In this document: piece by piece, positions 27,643-33,048 of the stretch
How the letters are laid out: each line of letters opens with the position of its first letter
How positions within the stretch are numbered: position 1 is the stretch's first letter
Virus record (IMG/VR): IMGVR_UViG_3300043414_000161
Span: 1 to 33,048 of that record
Source of the DNA: a virus
Lineage: Duplodnaviria > Caudoviricetes
Length of the DNA stretch: 33,048 bases
Direction: 5' to 3' (one strand)
Made by a program: the position numbers and the translations under genes
The notes under the pieces: model-generated
What the model was told of the DNA's origin: nothing
What the model saw: the letters and a program-made list of their open reading frames with translations, nothing else
Databases searched by the model: none

Positions 27643-28070
27643 GCCATCTAAGCAAAAACTTTACTCTTGATGAGTTAACCGTAACAGACCACCGAGAGTT
27701 TGACAACTCTCCAACGCAGGTGGAAATCAGCAACCTGCAACGCTTGGCGCAATTGCTGGAGCTGGTCAAAGACACCGTAGGCGGAAAACCCATCATGGTC
27801 AATTCTGCGTTTCGGTGTAAGCAAGTCAATGACGCAGTTGGAAGCAAAGACTCCAGCCAACATAGGCATGGTTGCGCTGCTGACATTCGTGTACCCGGCA
27901 TGACTCCTGACGAGGTAGTCCGTGCGGTGATTGCTGCGGGTTTACCGTTTGACCAAATCATCCGTGAGTTTGACCGTTGGACACACATCAGCGTTCCAAA
28001 CGTGGATGGCGCAGAACCCCGCAACAACGCCCTTATCATTGACAAATCAGGGACTCGTCAGTTTGCGTAA
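27639..28070 (+). CDS. Endolysin, peptidase M15A family
   Basis: LSKNFTLDEL, SAFRC, SQHRHGCAADI, WTHIS zinc-binding motifs. Confidence 0.9.
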   Translation: MSHLSKNFTLDELTVTDHREFDNSPTQVEISNLQRLAQLLELVKDTVGGKPIMVNSAFRCKQVNDAVGSKDSSQHRHGCAADIRVPGMTPDEVVRAVIAAGLPFDQIIREFDRWTHISVPNVDGAEPRNNALIIDKSGTRQFA

Positions 28071-28208
28071 TTCAACCATTGCGTCCTTAAAGTCGCCCTG
28101 TAACTGTTCAATTTGTTCTTGCTGCTGCTGCATCTTGCGGTAGGCATCAACGGCAAACTGGGCAAGATTTTCGTTAGACCATGCCGCAAAGTTAGGTAAG
28201 TCACTCAT
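28047..28208 (-). CDS. Hypothetical protein (53 aa, MSDLPNFAAW...)
   Basis: Own translation; ATGA-coupled; convergent 24-nt overlap with the endolysin. Confidence 0.6.
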   Translation of the reverse strand: MSDLPNFAAWSNENLAQFAVDAYRKMQQQQEQIEQLQGDFKDAMVELRKLTSP

Positions 28209-28378
28209 CCTGCTTCCTTTAGGTATTCCAGCAATTCATTTTGCACTTGCTGGATTAATTTGGTTTTACTTAAAAACCGCTGGTTTAATCGTTTGGCGGT
28301 AATTTTGTCTTCATAATAAACCTTGGCAAGTTTTTTAGCCAAGCCAAGAATGTGTTTTTGTTCTTTGTTGGACAGCAT
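28205..28378 (-). CDS. Hypothetical basic protein (57 aa, MLSNKEQKH...)
   Basis: Own translation; coupled on both sides. Confidence 0.6.
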   Translation of the reverse strand: MLSNKEQKHILGLAKKLAKVYYEDKITAKRLNQRFLSKTKLIQQVQNELLEYLKEAG

Positions 28379-28641
28379 TACGTTTTGAAACCTCTACTTT
28401 GAATTTGCAGCGCATCGGTAGCGCCAGCACGGGCGGGAGGTGAATTGTCAGGCTTGTAGATTTGCCCGTCTTTCATGTGGTTAAACGTCCTTGGTTCTGC
28501 CATATCGGGCGTTCGCACCATCGGCACATAGCCGCCACTTTGCCCGTATTTGTAAGTTGTCTTTTCAGGCCGTGCAAACTCGCCTAAAGTGGCTTGTTTG
28601 TTTACCCGCATAAGGTTTGGGTTTCCTGCTGCTAGTTTCAT
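28378..28641 (-). CDS. Hypothetical protein
   Basis: 87 aa, coupled in the early operon. Confidence 0.65.
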   Translation of the reverse strand: MKLAAGNPNLMRVNKQATLGEFARPEKTTYKYGQSGGYVPMVRTPDMAEPRTFNHMKDGQIYKPDNSPPARAGATDALQIQSRGFKT

Positions 28642-28874
28642 GTCTTTTCCTTGAGTCTGTAAAGTGCAACTTCATGGCGGTTATTAGGCTCAGACCAATA
28701 ACGTAATCCTGATGCACTACCTTTTTCGTCTATGTCCATCCATGCCATAGGCTCTTGTGCTGGCTGTGCCAAGGCTGCTTCCCACCCTTGAATAAAAGCG
28801 TTTCGTGAAACCATCAGCGCAGGGTTTGTCCACGCATCAGGCATACCTGTCATCTTTTCAAATGCTTCTTTCAT
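28638..28874 (-). CDS. Hypothetical protein (AALAQPAQEP-type)
   Basis: Likely start MKEAFEK with GAAGGGG RBS. Confidence 0.65.
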   Translation of the reverse strand: MKEAFEKMTGMPDAWTNPALMVSRNAFIQGWEAALAQPAQEPMAWMDIDEKGSASGLRYWSEPNNRHEVALYRLKEKT

Positions 28875-28963
28875 ACCATCCCCTTCATTAAAAGCACAAT
28901 AATCCCCACAAGAACTCCCGCAAGGTATGACACCACAAGACCTGCAAAAAAATCTTCTTTCAT
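28871..28963 (-). CDS. 30-aa single-TM peptide
   Basis: MKEDFFAGLVVSYLAGVLVGIIVLLMKGMV; GGAGG RBS; ATGA-coupled on both sides. Confidence 0.6.
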   Translation of the reverse strand: MKEDFFAGLVVSYLAGVLVGIIVLLMKGMV

Positions 28964-29169
28964 GCTTCCTCCCAGTTTTGCCCAATAGAACACCAATACA
29001 CGGCAACGTATTCAGCGATGACATGACCCTGAACAACATCATCTACTTGCCCACCGAGTTGGTAATACTTCTCAGGTCTGACTGACATAAGTTTTTCGTC
29101 ATCATGTTGCAGTTCAACTAAAACGTGGCGTTTGCCGCTTTTAAGGGTTTTTGTGTGTAGGATTCTCAT
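28960..29169 (-). CDS. Hypothetical protein
   Basis: Start MRILHTK, ATGA-coupled. Confidence 0.6.
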   Translation of the reverse strand: MRILHTKTLKSGKRHVLVELQHDDEKLMSVRPEKYYQLGGQVDDVVQGHVIAEYVAVYWCSIGQNWEEA

Positions 29170-29432
29170 AGTGCCGCCTTCTTCGTAAGTCCACGCCAAG
29201 TTTTATGTTGACTTGCTCCCCTTGGGGTTCTGCAAGCTACTGCCGATGCCACCGAAAGCACAGTCCATCCCCAAAGTTTGCCGTTCCAATAGGCGTATGA
29301 GCCTTCGTCAAATACTTCATACACACCCTTATGCACAGGCTTAATCTCCGATGGAAACCAATCGGTGTAGTAGGGCAAAACCTCTTTCGTTTTCACGTTA
29401 ACAACTTTAAATTCCATCTTCTCTGTAGTCAT
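29166..29432 (-). CDS. Hypothetical protein (WFP..KPVH.GVY motif)
   Basis: 88 aa, GGAGG RBS. Confidence 0.7.
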   Translation of the reverse strand: MTTEKMEFKVVNVKTKEVLPYYTDWFPSEIKPVHKGVYEVFDEGSYAYWNGKLWGWTVLSVASAVACRTPRGASQHKTWRGLTKKAAL

Positions 29433-29641
29433 TCCACCACCTCCGTCTTAGCAGTCAATGCTTCAAGGCGTTTAATCCGTGTGGCGTTGTACGATACCAA
29501 GGCTGTGTGGTACTCCATAGCCGATTGATGACGCAGCTTGGTGCGCTGCGCTTGTATCAGTTCCTCGGCGATGAGTTCGGCAGGGGTCGGCATCACCCAA
29601 TGGTTTGTAAGCCATGCCCATACGTTCTTTAAGTGGCTCAT
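29429..29641 (-). CDS. Hypothetical protein
   Basis: 70 aa, GAGGAG RBS. Confidence 0.65.
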   Translation of the reverse strand: MSHLKNVWAWLTNHWVMPTPAELIAEELIQAQRTKLRHQSAMEYHTALVSYNATRIKRLEALTAKTEVVE

Positions 29642-29937
29642 TTTGTTTCTCCTCTTGCTCTGATGTTGTTTGAATTGCTTGCCAGTGAATAAGAATCATG
29701 TAACTGCCGCAATACTGAACAGAACTTCTCACGCTCGGCTGCTGCTACTTTGGCAAGAGCCGCAGGTAAAATAATGGCCTCAAAGTCCGCAGACGCTTCA
29801 GCACTACCCTTTTTGTAAGAATACTCAGCGACTAGAACGGCAAAGGCTTCAAGTGCTTCAATATAAATTCCGTCAAGGTGTGGACGCATTCCAATTAATC
29901 CAGCCTGTTTAGCCATGTCCATTAGTTCTTGGTTCAC
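29638..29937 (-). CDS. Hypothetical protein (AAAERE-type)
   Basis: GTG start, AAGGAG RBS. Confidence 0.65.
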   Translation of the reverse strand: MNQELMDMAKQAGLIGMRPHLDGIYIEALEAFAVLVAEYSYKKGSAEASADFEAIILPAALAKVAAAEREKFCSVLRQLHDSYSLASNSNNIRARGETK

Positions 29938-30143
29938 TTGAAAATACTCCTTGCTAAAACTGTTTTAGTTGGTTCGCACTGAACTACGCTAGATGGTTGG
30001 TTGGCAATAATGCACCCTGCAATAAAAGCAACTGTGGCTACCATGCCAAGCAGTGTCATCAAGTCAATAAAACCATCCCACAGCCGTTCAAATATGGTGG
30101 GGGTTTCTATATCAGCGTCAATTGGGTCGGTGTAATTTGCCAT
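29934..30143 (-). CDS. Small membrane protein
   Basis: Central TM helix; AGGAG RBS. Confidence 0.65.
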   Translation of the reverse strand: MANYTDPIDADIETPTIFERLWDGFIDLMTLLGMVATVAFIAGCIIANQPSSVVQCEPTKTVLARSIFK

Positions 30144-30400
30144 TCTTGCTCCTGTCGGTTTGAGTTACTGCGTACTGTCTGACCTGTTAAACAAATCAGC
30201 CCGTCACGTTCAATTTCTTTTACCCGTCTTGCGACTTGGTTGGAATCCAGCCCTGTAAGGTTGGCAATGCCATCTTTGCCTAATTTTCCGTTCTTGCGTA
30301 GGCAGTCCACAATAATTGTGGAGTGATGTTTTGCCAGTTCTTTAGCGGAATCCGCAGCCAGCCAACTGGTTACGGGGTCGGTGTTTCTTGCTCTAAACAT
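30107..30400 (-). CDS. Putative winged-HTH DNA-binding protein
   Basis: RARNTDPVTS..AA, IANLTGLDSNQVARRVKEIERDGLI. Confidence 0.7.
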   Translation of the reverse strand: MFRARNTDPVTSWLAADSAKELAKHHSTIIVDCLRKNGKLGKDGIANLTGLDSNQVARRVKEIERDGLICLTGQTVRSNSNRQEQEWQITPTQLTLI

Positions 30401-30417
30401 TTTGCACCGCCCTTTTT

Positions 30418-30684
30418 CTAGAATGGAATATCGTCTGCCATATCGTCAAACCCGCTACCTTGTCGGCTTTGCTGGCGGGGCTGGTCTTCTTTAGGTTTTG
30501 GGTCGTTAAGGTATGCCCAACCGTCCCAACCACCCTCTTTAAGCGGGATAACGTCAATCTTTAGCATTTCACCATTCTTAGTTTCAATGATAGAACCAAT
30601 GCGCTGATAGCGGTTTTTGCTTTGGCCTTGGGCGTTTGTGTATTGCCCAATGATGCAGGACACTTCTTTTTTAAGTTTTGACAT
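30418..30684 (-). CDS. Short SSB-like protein
   Basis: Acidic C-terminal GFDDMADDIPF tail; follows exo/ERF. Confidence 0.7.
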   Translation of the reverse strand: MSKLKKEVSCIIGQYTNAQGQSKNRYQRIGSIIETKNGEMLKIDVIPLKEGGWDGWAYLNDPKPKEDQPRQQSRQGSGFDDMADDIPF

Positions 30685-31313
30685 TATTTGCTTTCGATGA
30701 TTTGGTTAAGTTTTTCAACTTGGACGGTAACTTCGCCCAAGAATTTAATGATTTCGGCTTCCATTTCAGCAATGAAGGCCTCATCCCGTTCGACACGCTT
30801 GATAAACAATTGCGCTTTTGCTGGCATCCGTGGGTCAAAAACCACATAGTCACACCATGCTCGGTCTGTGCAAGCCATCTGCATTTGCATCTGTGCAAAA
30901 TACTTGGCTGGCACTTTTTCGTTTAGTAAAGTATCAATCATGGTCGCTGTGTTGGGGCATTTAATCTCACACATACCAAACAGCCCCACCAAGCCATCAG
31001 GAGACGCACCAGCCCACTCAATCCGTGGATGAGGTACGAACCCTACTTCCTCGACTAAAACGCTTTGTGCGGCTTCGTATGCAGCACGGGCAAACGGCTC
31101 TTGGTCAGTCCCCCATTGCATTGCTGCGCTGGAAAACGATTCTGCCTTGGTGTTGGTTAGCCGTTCAACCACCAGTTGCGCCATGTAGTTGTCCCGTGTG
31201 GCGGCATAACCCACTTTGGTTTTTGCCATCAGGTCGGCGACCCGGCTGGCGGTTACTTTGCCTAGCCGTGCGGCAAACCAATCATCTGTGCCTTGTTCCA
31301 TCATTTCTATCAT
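30684..31313 (-). CDS. YqaJ/lambda-exonuclease family
   Basis: QGTDDWFAARLGKVTAS, GASPDG, EIKCP, QMQMQM, CDYVVFDPR. Confidence 0.92.
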   Translation of the reverse strand: MIEMMEQGTDDWFAARLGKVTASRVADLMAKTKVGYAATRDNYMAQLVVERLTNTKAESFSSAAMQWGTDQEPFARAAYEAAQSVLVEEVGFVPHPRIEWAGASPDGLVGLFGMCEIKCPNTATMIDTLLNEKVPAKYFAQMQMQMACTDRAWCDYVVFDPRMPAKAQLFIKRVERDEAFIAEMEAEIIKFLGEVTVQVEKLNQIIESK

Positions 31314-31858
31314 TGAAATTCCCCTTTCTTTTCGTCCTTGGCTTTGATAATTGCGGTCTTGGCTGCTTGGTCGTTGCCAGCCACTTTGATTGCCTCAAAA
31401 TATGCGGCTTTCAATTCGTCTTCATTGGAACAGGCTGCAATATCGGCTACCAAGGCTTTGACCGTAGCGGCTGACACTGTGGGGGCTTTAACGGCTGCGT
31501 TGCCATCATCGTCCTCGGGTGCAATGCCACACGCTGCCATTAGGCTGTACCGCCGTGCGTAGGTTAAAGCAGAACCGTAGCCCTGTGGGTCTTGCTTGCT
31601 TGCTGGAACGTGCAACTTGCCGCATTCCAACATCTCGCCTGATTCGTGGATAAAAACTGTCTCTACGGTTACGCCCGTCATGTCTTCGCTGGTGCGCTGG
31701 ATAAGTGCTATTCCTGCGCCATTTAATCCTTCAATAACAGCCTCGACACAGGCTGCAAGGTCGGCGTAGCGGCTTTTGAAGTGTGGGTTGGTGGATGACT
31801 TGAGGGCTGGCCCAAAAGCCTTTTGTGCCTTGACCAAAGCGGTTGCGATATTTTTCAT
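31310..31858 (-). CDS. erf: ERF-family single-strand annealing protein
   Basis: NPHFKSRYADL, QGYGSALTYARRYSL, EDDDGN. Confidence 0.92.
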   Translation of the reverse strand: MKNIATALVKAQKAFGPALKSSTNPHFKSRYADLAACVEAVIEGLNGAGIALIQRTSEDMTGVTVETVFIHESGEMLECGKLHVPASKQDPQGYGSALTYARRYSLMAACGIAPEDDDGNAAVKAPTVSAATVKALVADIAACSNEDELKAAYFEAIKVAGNDQAAKTAIIKAKDEKKGEFQ

Positions 31859-32028
31859 ACTAACTCCTCTTTAATGATTTCTAACTGTGAATCGGTGTCC
31901 AAGTCCGAGAAAGGGACAAAGTGGTTTTCTTGGCAGCAGGAAAGTTTGCCGTCTTTTTCTTCCATGCAGTACGGGCAGAATTCCACTTGCCCCATGAGTT
32001 CCATGTAATGAGCAATTAAACCTTTCAT
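31855..32028 (-). CDS. Small Cys-rich acidic protein
   Basis: MKGLIAHY...FCPYC...SCCQENHF; GGAG RBS. Confidence 0.65.
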   Translation of the reverse strand: MKGLIAHYMELMGQVEFCPYCMEEKDGKLSCCQENHFVPFSDLDTDSQLEIIKEELV

Positions 32029-32105
32029 ACCATTCTCCAAAAGTAAATTACAAAGGGAAGCCCAATCAGGGCGGCAAACAGAAAAGCGGTGACAATGTTT
32101 TTCAT
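32025..32105 (-). CDS. 26-aa single-TM peptide
   Basis: MKNIVTAFLFAALIGLPFVIYFWRMV; GGAG RBS; ATGA-coupled. Confidence 0.55.
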   Translation of the reverse strand: MKNIVTAFLFAALIGLPFVIYFWRMV

Positions 32106-32311
32106 TCGTGTGACTCCACAATCATGGCTTCAAGGGCGCATTTAGTGTGAATGTCGATATGCTCGTACAGTTCAACGCCGTTAATGTAGATTTCTGTGAG
32201 GGTGGCGATTGCCGGAATTGGTGGGTCAATGTCCGTCTCGGTTTGAGCGTCTTCCCATTCGTAGGTGACTTCCCAAACGATGCTGTCATAAGTGAGTGTG
32301 GCTGAGTGCAT
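32102..32311 (-). CDS. Acidic hypothetical protein, first gene of the left operon
   Basis: 69 aa, D/E-rich with only one Lys; AAGGA RBS. Confidence 0.7.
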   Translation of the reverse strand: MHSATLTYDSIVWEVTYEWEDAQTETDIDPPIPAIATLTEIYINGVELYEHIDIHTKCALEAMIVESHE

Positions 32312-32322
32312 TTTGCTTCCTT

Positions 32323-32360
32323 AAAAGACCCCAAGGTGTTCGGGGCATGGCTGAATTGTA
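32323..32360 (-). promoter_or_regulatory. Leftward promoter -10 and leader hairpin
   Basis: Minus-strand TACAAT (32355-32360), then GCCCCGA-ACACC-TTGGGGT-CTTTT before the RBS. Confidence 0.5.
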
Positions 32361-32373
32361 TAGCAAAATAGAC
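32358..32373. promoter_or_regulatory. Putative operator (left)
   Basis: GTATAGCAAAATAGAC, imperfect palindrome, 13/16 identical to 32455-32470. Confidence 0.55.
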
Positions 32374-32454
32374 AGATAAACTATGTTGCAACAAAATAAT
32401 TTCTATTGGGTTTTGTTTACCTATAGTTAAAATTTATAGTCGCAAAGGGCAAAA

Positions 32455-32470
32455 GTAAACTAAAATAGAC
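32455..32470. promoter_or_regulatory. Putative operator (right) covering TAAAAT -10
   Basis: GTAAACTAAAATAGAC directly upstream of cro. Confidence 0.55.
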
Positions 32471-32474
32471 GTTA

Positions 32475-32636
32475 ATGACTAAAGAACACGCAATCAAACT
32501 CGCTGGCTCACAATCATCTTTGGCAAGGTTGCTAGGGGTGACACGGGGCGCAGTGTGGAACTGGCAGACAATTCCACAGGGGCGGCTTTGGCAGTTAATG
32601 ATTCTCAAGCCGGAGTGGTTTGGAAAAGGTTTGTAA
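32475..32636 (+). CDS. cro: Cro-like HTH regulator (53 aa)
   Basis: Own translation MTKEHAIKLAGSQSSLARLLGVTRGAVWNWQTIPQGRLWQL... Confidence 0.85.
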   Translation: MTKEHAIKLAGSQSSLARLLGVTRGAVWNWQTIPQGRLWQLMILKPEWFGKGL

Positions 32637-32639
32637 TTT

Positions 32640-32710
32640 GGAGCATGGCTACCCTTAGCGGGGGAAAAGGCGATTCGTTACCGCCCTGCCAATGTTCTTT
32701 TCAGTAACGG
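32640..32710 (+). ncRNA. Structured RNA: three-way junction plus pseudoknot, upstream of initiator
   Basis: Closing stem GAGCAT-GGC/GCC-A-ATGTTC, hairpins CCCT-TAGC-GGGG and GGCG-loop-CGCC, loop CGTTAC complementary to downstream GTAACG. Confidence 0.6.
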
Positions 32711-32734
32711 TGACCTACAACGTAAAGGCAAAAA

Positions 32735-33048
32735 ATGCACTATTACCAGTTTCACATTGGGGACTATAAAAGTCACACCCATCACCTTTCTGTCCTTGAA
32801 GACATTGCTTACCGCAGACTTCTTGACCACTATTACCTGCACGAAACCGCAATTAAACAACGAGACGCAGCCCGGTTAATTGGTATGCGTGACCATGAGC
32901 AAGAGGTTTTAAGCGTACTGGACGAATTCTTTGCCAGCACAGACCTTGGCTACATACACCAAAGGGCAGACACCGAAATTGCCAAGTATCGTGAGATGGT
33001 TGACGGTGGAAAACGTGGGGCTGCTAAACGCTGGCAATCCCCTAGCGA
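32735..33048 (+). CDS. Replication initiator YdaU/DUF1376-like (5' part, continues to 575)
   Basis: ATG 32735 with AAAGG RBS; MHYYQFHIGDY...EDIAYRRLLDHYY. Confidence 0.85.
   Translation, partial: MHYYQFHIGDYKSHTHHLSVLEDIAYRRLLDHYYLHETAIKQRDAARLIGMRDHEQEVLSVLDEFFASTDLGYIHQRADTEIAKYREMVDGGKRGAAKRWQSPS
32922..33048. repeat. Terminal direct repeat (copy of 1..127)
   Basis: Exact identity. Confidence 0.97.

Noticed and set aside
32641-32697. Hammerhead ribozyme or tRNA
   Set aside because: It has GAAA but lacks the CUGANGA core, and has no T-loop or anticodon arm.
1-33048. Stop-codon reassignment
   Set aside because: The standard code gives dense, intact ORFs ending in all three stop codons.

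Overview
The window is an apparently complete ~32.9 kb circularly permuted dsDNA phage genome. Bases 1-127 are identical to 32922-33048, which looks like an assembly overlap, and the replication initiator gene runs across this join. The layout is lambdoid/P22-like. A leftward early operon carries an ERF single-strand annealing protein, a YqaJ/lambda-type exonuclease, an SSB-like protein and many small ORFs. It diverges from a single Cro-like HTH gene. To the right come a structured RNA, a YdaU/DUF1376-type initiator with iterons, a P-like loader, a PAPS-reductase-family protein, nucleases, a Dps/ferritin-like protein, GroES, small basic proteins and a ParB/methyltransferase module. These are followed by terminase, P22-like portal, scaffold and coat, a fibre module, gp4/gp10/needle-like tail proteins, three ejection proteins, a collar-domain tail fibre and lysis genes (holin-like, nested Rz/Rz1 spanins, M15 endolysin). 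No integrase, CI repressor, Q, tRNA or CRISPR was seen. The most unusual parts are: a split ParB-amino-methyltransferase with a G12 tract and a convergent self-contained antisense gene; near-total GATC avoidance (AGCT and CCWGG also depleted); a pseudoknotted three-way-junction RNA ahead of the initiator; several leader hairpin/attenuator elements; and a Cro-only control region. Family names come from recalled motif resemblance, not from database searches. A Gram-negative host is indicated by the spanins; a freshwater betaproteobacterial host is only a guess.
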